DNA from: Eledone cirrhosa
Taxonomy: Eukaryota
Reading direction: 5' to 3'
DNA: 64,000 nucleotides
Assembly: GCA_964016885.1 (NCBI GenBank)
Contig: OZ024743.1
Span: forward strand, 47,802,001-47,866,000
How positions within the stretch are numbered: position 1 is the stretch's first letter; every line of letters starts with the position of its first letter. A program made the translations under genes and the position numbers. Below are positions 12,601-24,600 of the stretch, in pieces. The notes under the pieces are model-generated. The model worked only from the letters and a program-made list of their open reading frames with translations. It was not told the DNA's origin and ran no database searches.

Positions 12601-15600
12601 CTGATCCAGGTAGTTTGTTCCATGGAGGTTTTAAAGGATGCAGTGTCTTGACAGCTAACAACTGATGCAGGTAGTTTGATCCATGGAGGTTTTAAAGAAT
12701 GCAGTGTCTTGACAGCTAACAACTGATGCTGGTAGTTTGTTCAATGGAGGTTTTAAAGGATGCAGTGTCTTGACAGCTAACAATTAATGCAGGTAGTTTG
12801 TTCCATGGAGGCTTTAAAGGATGCAGTGTCTCGACAGCTAACAACTGATGCAGGTAGTTTGTTCCATGGAGGTTTTAAAGGATGCAGTGTCTTGACAGCT
12901 AACAACTGATGCAGGTAGTTTGTTCCATGGAGTTTTTAAAGGATGCAGTGTCTTGACAGCTAACAACTGATGCAGGTAGTTTGTTCCATGGAGGTTTTAA
13001 AGGATGCAGTGTCTTGACAGCTAACAACTGATGCAGGTACTTTGTTCCATGGAGGTTTTAAAGGATGCAGTGTCTTGACAGCTAACAACTGATGCAGGTA
13101 GTTTGTTCCATGGAGGCTTAAAAGGATGCAGTGTCTCGGCAGCTAACAACTGATGCAGGTAGTTTGTTCCATGGAGGTTTTAAAGGATGCAGTGTCTTGA
13201 CAGGTAACAACTGATGCAGGTAGTTTGTTCCATGGAGGTTTTAAAGGATGCAGTGTCTTGACAGCTAACAACTGATCCAGGTAGTTTGTTCCATGGAGGT
13301 TTTAAAGGATGCAGTGTCTTGACAGCTAACAACTGATGCAGATAGTTTGTTCCATGGTGTTTTTAAAGGATGCAGTGTCTTGACAGCTAACAACTGATGC
13401 AGGTAGTTTGTTCCATAGAGATTTTAAAGGATGCAGTGTCTTGACAGCTAATAATTAATGCAGGTAGTTTGTTCCATGGAGGCTTTAAAGAATACAGTGT
13501 CTTGACAGCTAACAACTGATGCAGGTAGTTTGTTCCATGGAGGTTTTAAAGGATGCAGTGTCTTGACAGCTAACAACTGATGCAGGTAGTTTGTTCTATG
13601 GAGGTTTTAAAGGATGCAGTGTCTTGACATCTAACAACTGATGCAGGTACTTTGTTCCATGGAGGTTTTAAAGGATGCAGTGTCTTGACAGCTAACAACT
13701 GATGCAGGTGGTTTGTTCCATGGAGGTTTTAAAGGATGCAGTGTCTTGACAGCTCACAACTGATCCAGGTAGTTTGTTCCATGGAGGTTTTAAAGGATGC
13801 AGTTTCTTGAAAGCTAACAACTGATGCAGGTAGTTTGTTCCATGGAGGTTTTAAAGGATGCAGTGTCTCGGCAGCTAACAACTGATGCAGGTAGTTTGTT
13901 CCATGGAGGCTTTAAAGGATGCAGTGTCTCGGCAGCTAACAACTGATGCAGGTAGTTTGTTCCATGGAGGTTTTAAAGGATGCAGTGTCTTGACAGCTAA
14001 GAACTGATGCAGGTAGTTTGTTCCATAGAGGCTTTAAAGGATGCAGTGTCTTGACAGCTAACAACTGATGCAGGTAGTTTGTTCCATGGAGGTTTTAAAG
14101 GATGCAATGTCTTGACAGCTAACAACTGATGTAGGTAATTTGTTACATGGAAGTTTTAAAAGATGCAGTGTCTTGACAGCTAACAACTGATGCATAGTTT
14201 GTTCCATGGAGGTTTTAAAGGATGCAGTGTCTTGACAGCTAACAACTGATGCAGGTAGTTTGTTCCATGGAGGTTTTAAAGGATGCAGTGTCTTGACAGC
14301 TAACAACTGATGCAGGTAGTTTGTTCCATGGAAGTTTTAAAGGATGCAGTGTCTTGACAGATAACAACTGATGCAGGTAGTTTGTTCCATGGAGGTTTTA
14401 AAGGATGCAGTGTCTTGACAGCTAACAACTGATGCTGGTAGTTTGTTCCATGGAGGTTTTAAAGGATGCAGTGTCTCGACAGCTAACAACTGATGCTGGT
14501 AGTTTGTTCCATGGAGGTTTTAAAGGATGCAGTGTCTTGACAGCTAACAACTGATGCAGGTAGTTTGTTCCATTGTGGTTTTAAAGGATGTAGTGTCTTG
14601 ACAGCTAACAACTGATGCAGGTACTTTGTTCCATGGAGGTTTTAAAGGATGCAGTGTCTCGGCAGCTAATAACTGATGCAGGTAGTTTGTTCCATGGAGG
14701 TTTTAAAGGATGCAGTGTCTTGACAGCTAACAACTGATGCTGGTAGTTTGTTCCATGAAGGTTTTAAAGGATGCAGTGTCTTGACAGCTAACAATTAATG
14801 CAGGTAGTTTGTTCCATGGAGGCTTTAAAGGATGCAGTGTCTCGACAGCTAACAACTGATGCAGGTAGTTTGTTCCATGGAGGTTTTAAAGGATGCAGTG
14901 TCTTGACAGCTAACAACTGATGCAGGTGGTTTGTTCCATGGAGGTTTTAAAGGATGCAGTGTCTTGAAAGCTCACAACTGATCCAGGTAGTTTGTTCCAT
15001 GGAGGTTTTAAAGGATGCAGTTTCTTGACAGCTAACAACTGATGCAGGTAGTTTGTTCCATGGAGGTTTTAAAGGATGCAGTGTCTTGACAGCTAACAAC
15101 TGATGCAGGTAGTTTGTTCCATAGAGGTTTTAAAGGATGCAGTGTCTTGACATCTAACAACTGATGCAGGTACTTTGTTCCATGGAGGTTTTAAAGGATG
15201 CAGTGTCTCGGCAGCTAATAACTGATGCAGGTAGTTTGTTCCATGGAGGTTTTAAAGGATGCAGTGTCTTGACAGATAACAACTGATGCAGGTAGTTTGT
15301 TCCATGGAGGCTTAAAAGGATGCAGTGTCTCGGCAGCTAACAACTGATGCAGGTAGTTTGTTCCATGGAGGTTTTAAAGGATGCAGTGTCTTGACAGCTA
15401 ACAACTGATGCAGGTAGTTTGTTCCATGGAGGTTTTAAAGGATGCAGTGTCTTGACAGCTAACAACTGATCCAGGTAGTTTGTTCCATGGAGGTTTTAAA
15501 GGATGCAGTGTCTTGACAGCTAACAACTGATGCAGGTAGTTTGATCCATGGAGGTTTTAAAGAATGCAGTGTCTTGACAGCTAACAACTGATGCTGGTAG

Positions 15601-18600
15601 TTTGTTCAATGGAGGTTTTAAAGGATGCAGTGTCTTGACAGCTAACAATTAATGCAGGTAGTTTGTTCCATGGAGGCTTTAAAGGATGCAGTGTCTCGAC
15701 AGCTAACAACTGATGCAGGTAGTTTGTTCCATGGAGGTTTTAAAGGATGCAGTGTCTTGACAGCTAACAACTGATGCAGGTAGTTTGTTCCATGGAGTTT
15801 TTAAAGGATGCAGTGTCTTGACAGCTAACAACTGATGCAGGTAGTTTGTTCCATGGAGGTTTTAAAGGATGCAGTGTCTTGACAGCTAACAACTGATGCA
15901 GGTACTTTGTTCCATGGAGGTTTTAAAGGATGCAGTGTCTTGACAGCTAACAACTGATGCAGGTAGTTTGTTCCATGGAGGCTTAAAAGGATGCAGTGTC
16001 TCGGCAGCTAACAACTGATGCAGGTAGTTTGTTCCATGGAGGTTTTAAAGGATGCAGTGTCTTGACAGGTAACAACTGATGCAGGTAGTTTGTTCCATGG
16101 AGGTTTTAAAGGATGCAGTGTCTTGACAGCTAACAACTGATCCAGGTAGTTTGTTCCATGGAGGTTTTAAAGGATGCAGTGTCTTGACAGCTAACAACTG
16201 ATGCAGATAGTTTGTTCCATGGTGTTTTTAAAGGATGCAGTGTCTTGACAGCTAACAACTGATGCAGGTAGTTTGTTCCATAGAGATTTTAAAGGATGCA
16301 GTGTCTTGACAGCTAATAATTAATGCAGGTAGTTTGTTCCATGGAGGCTTTAAAGAATACAGTGTCTTGACAGCTAACAACTGATGCAGGTAGTTTGTTC
16401 CATGGAGGTTTTAAAGGATGCAGTGTCTTGACAGCTAACAACTGATGCAGGTAGTTTGTTCTATGGAGGTTTTAAAGGATGCAGTGTCTTGACATCTAAC
16501 AACTGATGCAGGTACTTTGTTCCATGGAGGTTTTAAAGGATGCAGTGTCTTGACAGCTAACAACTGATGCAGGTGGTTTGTTCCATGGAGGTTTTAAAGG
16601 ATGCAGTGTCTTGACAGCTCACAACTGATCCAGGTAGTTTGTTCCATGGAGGTTTTAAAGGATGCAGTTTCTTGAAAGCTAACAACTGATGCAGGTAGTT
16701 TGTTCCATGGAGGTTTTAAAGGATGCAGTGTCTCGGCAGCTAACAACTGATGCAGGTAGTTTGTTCCATGGAGGCTTTAAAGGATGCAGTGTCTCGGCAG
16801 CTAACAACTGATGCAGGTAGTTTGTTCCATGGAGGTTTTAAAGGATGCAGTGTCTTGACAGCTAAGAACTGATGCAGGTAGTTTGTTCCATAGAGGCTTT
16901 AAAGGATGCAGTGTCTTGACAGCTAACAACTGATGCAGGTAGTTTGTTCCATGGAGGTTTTAAAGGATGCAATGTCTTGACAGCTAACAACTGATGTAGG
17001 TAATTTGTTACATGGAAGTTTTAAAAGATGCAGTGTCTTGACAGCTAACAACTGATGCATAGTTTGTTCCATGGAGGTTTTAAAGGATGCAGTGTCTTGA
17101 CAGCTAACAACTGATGCAGGTAGTTTGTTCCATGGAGGTTTTAAAGGATGCAGTGTCTTGACAGCTAACAACTGATGCAGGTAGTTTGTTCCATGGAAGT
17201 TTTAAAGGATGCAGTGTCTTGACAGATAACAACTGATGCAGGTAGTTTGTTCCATGGAGGTTTTAAAGGATGCAGTGTCTTGACAGCTAACAACTGATGC
17301 TGGTAGTTTGTTCCATGGAGGTTTTAAAGGATGCAGTGTCTCGACAGCTAACAACTGATGCTGGTAGTTTGTTCCATGGAGGTTTTAAAGGATGCAGTGT
17401 CTTGACAGCTAACAACTGATGCAGGTAGTTTGTTCCATTGTGGTTTTAAAGGATGTAGTGTCTTGACAGCTAACAACTGATGCAGGTACTTTGTTCCATG
17501 GAGGTTTTAAAGGATGCAGTGTCTCGGCAGCTAATAACTGATGCAGGTAGTTTGTTCCATGGAGGTTTTAAAGGATGCAGTGTCTTGACAGCTAACAACT
17601 GATGCTGGTAGTTTGTTCCATGAAGGTTTTAAAGGATGCAGTGTCTTGACAGCTAACAATTAATGCAGGTAGTTTGTTCCATGGAGGCTTTAAAGGATGC
17701 AGTGTCTCGACAGCTAACAACTGATGCAGGTAGTTTGTTCCATGGAGGTTTTAAAGGATGCAGTGTCTTGACAGCTAACAACTGATGCAGGTGGTTTGTT
17801 CCATGGAGGTTTTAAAGGATGCAGTGTCTTGAAAGCTCACAACTGATCCAGGTAGTTTGTTCCATGGAGGTTTTAAAGGATGCAGTTTCTTGACAGCTAA
17901 CAACTGATGCAGGTAGTTTGTTCCATGGAGGTTTTAAAGGATGCAGTGTCTTGACAGCTAACAACTGATGCAGGTAGTTTGTTCCATGGAGGCTTAAAAG
18001 GATGCAGTGTCTCGGCAGCTAACAACTGATGCAGGTAGTTTGTTCCATGGAGGTTTTAAAGGATGCAGTGTCTTGACAGCTAACAACTGATGCAGGTAGT
18101 TTGTTCCATGGAGGTTTTAAAGGATGCAGTGTCTTGACAGCTAAAAACTGATGCAGGTAGTTTGTTCCATGGAGGTTTTAAAGGATGCAGTGTCTTGACA
18201 GCTAACAACTGATGCAGGTAGTTTGTTCCATTGTGGTTTTAAAGGATGTAGTGTCTTGACAGCTAACAACTGATGCAGGTACTTTGTTCCATGGAGGTTT
18301 TAAAGGATGCAGTGTCTCGGCAGCTAATAACTGATGCAGGTAGTTTGTTCCATGGAGGTTTTAAAGGATGCAGTGTCTTGACAGCTAACAACTGATGCTG
18401 GTAGTTTGTTCCATGAAGGTTTTAAAGGATGCAGTGTCTTGACAGCTAACAATTAATGCAGGTAGTTTGTTCCATGGAGGCTTTAAAGGATGCAGTGTCT
18501 CGACAGCTAACAACTGATGCAGGTAGTTTGTTCCATGGAGGTTTTAAAGGATGCAGTGTCTTGACAGCTAACAACTGATGCAGGTGGTTTGTTCCATGGA

Positions 18601-21600
18601 GGTTTTAAAGGATGCAGTGTCTTGAAAGCTCACAACTGATCCAGGTAGTTTGTTCCATGGAGGTTTTAAAGGATGCAGTTTCTTGACAGCTAACAACTGA
18701 TGCAGGTAGTTTGTTCCATGGAGGTTTTAAAGGATGCAGTGTCTTGACAGCTAACAACTGATGCAGGTAGTTTGTTCCATGGAGGCTTAAAAGGATGCAG
18801 TGTCTCGGCAGCTAACAACTGATGCAGGTAGTTTGTTCCATGGAGGTTTTAAAGGATGCAGTGTCTTGACAGCTAACAACTGATGCAGGTAGTTTGTTCC
18901 ATGGAGGTTTTAAAGGATGCAGTGTCTTGACAGCTAAAAACTGATGCAGGTAGTTTGTTCCATGGAGGTTTTAAAGGATGCAGTGTCTTGACAGCTAACA
19001 ACTGATGCAGGTAGTTTGTTCCATGGAGGTTTTAAAGGATGCAGTGTCTTGACAGCTAACAACTGATGCAGGTAGTTTGTTCCATGGAAGTTTTAAAGGA
19101 TGCAGTGTCTTGACAGCTAACAACTGATGCAGGTAGTTTGTTCCATGGAGGCTTTAAAGGATGCAATATCTTGACAGCTAACAACTGATGCGGGTAGTTT
19201 GTTACATGGAAGTTTTAAAGGATGCAGTGTCTTGACAGCTAAAAACTGATGCAGGTAGTTTGTTCCATGGAGGTTTTAAAGGATGCAGTGTCTTGACAGC
19301 TAACAACTGATGCAGGTAGTTTGTTCCATGGAGGCTTAAAAGGATGCAGTGTCTCGGCAGCTAACAACTGATGCAGGTAGTTTGTTCCATGGAGGTTTTA
19401 AAGGATGCAGTGTCTTGACAGGTAACAACTGATGCAGGTAGTTTGTTCCATGGAGGTTTTAAAGGATGCAGTGTCTTGACAGCTAACAACTGATCCAGGT
19501 AGTTTGTTCCATGGAGGTTTTAAAGGATGCAGTGTCTTGACAGCTAACAACTGATGCAGATAGTTTGTTCCATGGTGTTTTTAAAGGATGCAGTGTCTTG
19601 ACAGCTAACAACTGATGCAGGTAGTTTGTTCCATAGAGATTTTAAAGGATGCAGTGTCTTGACAGCTAATAATTAATGCAGGTAGTTTGTTCCATGGAGG
19701 CTTTAAAGAATACAGTGTCTTGACAGCTAACAACTGATGCAGGTAGTTTGTTCCATGGAGGTTTTAAAGGATGCAGTGTCTTGACAGCTAACAACTGATG
19801 CAGGTAGTTTGTTCTATGGAGGTTTTAAAGGATGCAGTGTCTTGACATCTAACAACTGATGCAGGTACTTTGTTCCATGGAGGTTTTAAAGGATGCAGTG
19901 TCTTGACAGCTAACAACTGATGCAGGTGGTTTGTTCCATGGAGGTTTTAAAGGATGCAGTGTCTTGACAGCTCACAACTGATCCAGGTAGTTTGTTCCAT
20001 GGAGGTTTTAAAGGATGCAGTTTCTTGAAAGCTAACAACTGATGCAGGTAGTTTGTTCCATGGAGGTTTTAAAGGATGCAGTGTCTCGGCAGCTAACAAC
20101 TGATGCAGGTAGTTTGTTCCATGGAGGCTTTAAAGGATGCAGTGTCTCGGCAGCTAACAACTGATGCAGGTAGTTTGTTCCATGGAGGTTTTAAAGGATG
20201 CAGTGTCTTGACAGCTAAGAACTGATGCAGGTAGTTTGTTCCATAGAGGCTTTAAAGGATGCAGTGTCTTGACAGCTAACAACTGATGCAGGTAGTTTGT
20301 TCCATGGAGGTTTTAAAGGATGCAATGTCTTGACAGCTAACAACTGATGTAGGTAATTTGTTACATGGAAGTTTTAAAAGATGCAGTGTCTTGACAGCTA
20401 ACAACTGATGCATAGTTTGTTCCATGGAGGTTTTAAAGGATGCAGTGTCTTGACAGCTAACAACTGATGCAGGTAGTTTGTTCCATGGAGGTTTTAAAGG
20501 ATGCAGTGTCTTGACAGCTAACAACTGATGCAGGTAGTTTGTTCCATGGAAGTTTTAAAGGATGCAGTGTCTTGACAGATAACAACTGATGCAGGTAGTT
20601 TGTTCCATGGAGGTTTTAAAGGATGCAGTGTCTTGACAGCTAACAACTGATGCTGGTAGTTTGTTCCATGGAGGTTTTAAAGGATGCAGTGTCTCGACAG
20701 CTAACAACTGATGCTGGTAGTTTGTTCCATGGAGGTTTTAAAGGATGCAGTGTCTTGACAGCTAACAACTGATGCAGGTAGTTTGTTCCATTGTGGTTTT
20801 AAAGGATGTAGTGTCTTGACAGCTAACAACTGATGCAGGTACTTTGTTCCATGGAGGTTTTAAAGGATGCAGTGTCTCGGCAGCTAATAACTGATGCAGG
20901 TAGTTTGTTCCATGGAGGTTTTAAAGGATGCAGTGTCTTGACAGCTAACAACTGATGCTGGTAGTTTGTTCCATGAAGGTTTTAAAGGATGCAGTGTCTT
21001 GACAGCTAACAATTAATGCAGGTAGTTTGTTCCATGGAGGCTTTAAAGGATGCAGTGTCTCGACAGCTAACAACTGATGCAGGTAGTTTGTTCCATGGAG
21101 GTTTTAAAGGATGCAGTGTCTTGACAGCTAACAACTGATGCAGGTGGTTTGTTCCATGGAGGTTTTAAAGGATGCAGTGTCTTGAAAGCTCACAACTGAT
21201 CCAGGTAGTTTGTTCCATGGAGGTTTTAAAGGATGCAGTTTCTTGACAGCTAACAACTGATGCAGGTAGTTTGTTGCATGGAGGTTTTAAAGGATGCAGT
21301 GTCTTGACAGCTAACAACTGATGCAGGTAGTTTGTTCCATGGAGGCTTAAAAGGATGCAGTGTCTCGGCAGCTAACAACTGATGCAGGTAGTTTGTTCCA
21401 TGGAGGTTTTAAAGGATGCAGTGTCTTGACAGCTAACAACTGATGCAGGTAGTTTGTTCCATGGAGGTTTTAAAGGATGCAGTGTCTTGACAGCTAAAAA
21501 CTGATGCAGGTAGTTTGTTCCATGGAGGTTTTAAAGGATGCAGTGTCTTGACAGCTAACAACTGATGCAGGTAGTTTGTTCCATTGTGGTTTTAAAGGAT
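660..21600. repeat. HOR domain A1: irregular ~2.9-3.7 kb higher-order repeat marked by a 59-bp monomer
   Basis: The block GCAATGTC...GATGTAGGTAATTTGTTACATGGAAGTTTTAAAAGATG...GATGCATAGTTT (GG deleted) recurs with the deletion at ~781, 3707, 7058, 10534, 14192, 17057 and 20410. Spacings are 48, 55, 57, 60, 47 and 55 monomers. Each copy is followed by the same variant order (GATAAC, GCTGG, GCTGG, CCATTGTGG/GATGTAG). Confidence 0.9.
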
Positions 21601-24600
21601 GTAGTGTCTTGACAGCTAACAACTGATGCAGGTACTTTGTTCCATGGAGGTTTTAAAGGATGCAGTGTCTCGGCAGCTAATAACTGATGCAGGTAGTTTG
21701 TTCCATGGAGGTTTTAAAGGATGCAGTGTCTCGGCAGCTAATAACTGATGCAGGTAGTTTGTTCCATGGAGGCTTAAAAGGATGCAGTGTCTCGGCAGCT
21801 AACAACTGATGCAGGTAGTTTGTTCCATGGAGGTTTTAAAGGATGCAGTGTCTTGACAGCTAACAACTGATGCAGGTAGTTTGTTCCATGGAGGTTTTAA
21901 AGGATGCAGTGTCTTGACAGCTAAAAACTGATGCAGGTAGTTTGTTCCATGGAGGTTTTAAAGGATGCAGTGTCTTGACAGCTAACAACTGATGCAGGTA
22001 GTTTGTTCCATGGAGGTTTTAAAGGATGCAGTGTCTTGACAGCTAACAACTGATGCAGGTAGTTTGTTCCATGGAAGTTTTAAAGGATGCAGTGTCTTGA
22101 CAGCTAACAACTGATGCAGGTAGTTTGTTCCATGGAGGCTTTAAAGGATGCAATATCTTGACAGCTAACAACTGATGCGGGTAGTTTGTTACATGGAAGT
22201 TTTAAAGGATGCAGTGTCTTGACAGCTAAAAACTGATGCAGGTAGTTTGTTCCATGGAGGTTTTAAAGGATGCAGTGTCTTGACAGCTGACAACTGATGC
22301 AGGTAGTTTGTTCCATGGAAGTTTTAAAGGATGCAGTGTCTTGACAGATAAAAACTGATGCAGGTAGTTTGTTCCATGGAGGTTTTAAAGGATGCAGTGT
22401 CTCGGCAGCTAACAACTGATGCAGGTAGTGTGTTCCATGGAGGTTTTAAAGGATGCAGTTTCTTGACAGCTAACAACTGATGCAGGTAGTTTGTTCCATA
22501 GAGGTTTTAAAGGATGCAGTGTCTTGACATCTAACAACTGATGCAGGTACTTTGTTCCATGGAGGTTTTAAAGGATGCAGTGTCTCGGCAGCTAATAACT
22601 GATGCAGGTAGTTTGTTCCATGGAGGTTTTAAAGGATGCAGTGTCTTGACAGCTAACAACTGATGCAGGTAGTTTGTTCCATGGAGGCTTAAAAGGATGC
22701 AGTGTCTCGGCAGCTAACAACTGATGCAGGTAGTTTGTTCCATGGAGGTTTTAAAGGATGCAGTGTCTTGACAGCTAACAACTGATGCAGGTAGTTTGTT
22801 CCATGGAGGTTTTAAAGGATGCAGTGTCTTGACAGCTAACAACTGATGCAGGTAGTTTGATCCATGGAGGTTTTAAAGAATGCAGTGTCTTGACAGCTAA
22901 CAACTGATGCTGGTAGTTTGTTCAATGGAGGTTTTAAAGGATGCAGTGTCTTGACAGCTAACAATTAATGCAGGTAGTTTGTTCCATGGAGGCTTTAAAG
23001 GATGCAGTGTCTCGACAGCTAACAACTGATGCAGGTAGTTTGTTCCATGGAGGTTTTAAAGGATGCAGTGTCTTGACAGCTAACAACTGATGCAGGTAGT
23101 TTGTTCCATGGAGTTTTTAAAGGATGCAGTGTCTTGACAGCTAACAACTGATGCAGGTAGTTTGTTCCATAGAGATTTTAAAGGATGCAGTGTCTTGACA
23201 GCTAACAACTGATGCAGGTAGTTTGTTCCATGGAGGTTTTAAAGGATGCAGTGTCTTGACAGCTAACAACTGATGCAGGTACTTTGTTCCATGGAGGTTT
23301 TAAAGGATGCAGTGTCTTGACAGCTAACAACTGATGCAGGTAGTTTGTTCCATGGAGGCTTAAAAGGATGCAGTGTCTCGGCAGCTAACAACTGATGCAG
23401 GTAGTTTGTTCCATGGAGGTTTTAAAGGATGCAGTGTCTTGACAGGTAACAACTGATGCAGGTAGTTTGTTCCATGGAGGTTTTAAAGGATGCAGTGTCT
23501 TGACAGCTAACAACTGATCCAGGTAGTTTGTTCCATGGAGGTTTTAAAGGATGCAGTGTCTTGACAGCTAACAACTGATGCAGGTAGTTTGTTCCATGGA
23601 GTTTTTAAAGGATGCAGTGTCTTGACAGCTAACAACTGATGCAGGTAGTTTGTTCCATAGAGATTTTAAAGGATGCAGTGTCTTGACAGCTAATAATTAA
23701 TGCAGGTAGTTTGTTCCATGGAGGCTTTAAAGAATACAGTGTCTTGACAGCTAACAACTGATGCAGGTAGTTTGTTCCATGGAGGTTTTAAAGGATGCAG
23801 TGTCTTGACAGCTAACAACTGATGCAGGTAGTTTGTTCTATGGAGGTTTTAAAGGATGCAGTGTCTTGACATCTAACAACTGATGCAGGTACTTTGTTCC
23901 ATGGAGGTTTTAAAGGATGCAGTGTCTCGGCAGCTAATAACTGATGCAGGTAGTTTGTTCCATGGAGGTTTTAAAGGATACAGTGTCTTGACAGCTAACA
24001 ACTGATGCAGGTAGTTTGTTCCATGGAGGCTTAAAAGGATGCAGTGTCTCGGCAGTTAACAACTGATGCAGGTAGTTTGTTCCATGGAGGTTTTAAAGGA
24101 TGCAGTGTCTTGACAGCTAACAACTGATGCAGGTAGTTTGTTCCATGGAGGTTTTAAAGGATGCAATATCTTGACAGCTAACAACTGATGCGGGTAGTTT
24201 GTTACATGGAAGTTTTAAAGGATGCAGTGTCTTGACAGCTAAAAACTGATGCAGGTAGTTTGTTCCATGGAGGTTTTAAAGGATGCAGTGTCTTGACAGC
24301 TAACAACTGATGCAGGTAGTTTGTTCCATGGAGGCTTAAAAGGATGCAGTGTCTCGGCAGCTAACAACTGATGCAGGTAGTTTGTTCCATGGAGGTTTTA
24401 AAGGATGCAGTGTCTTGACAGCTAACAACTGATGCAGATAGTTTGTTCCATGGAGGCTTTAAAGGATGCAGTGTCTCGACAGCTAACAACTGATGCAGGT
24501 AGTTTGTTCCATGGAGGTTTTAAAGGATGCAGTATCTTGACAGCTAACAACTGATGCAGGTAGTTTGTTCCATGGAAGTTTTAAAGGATGCAGTGTCTTG

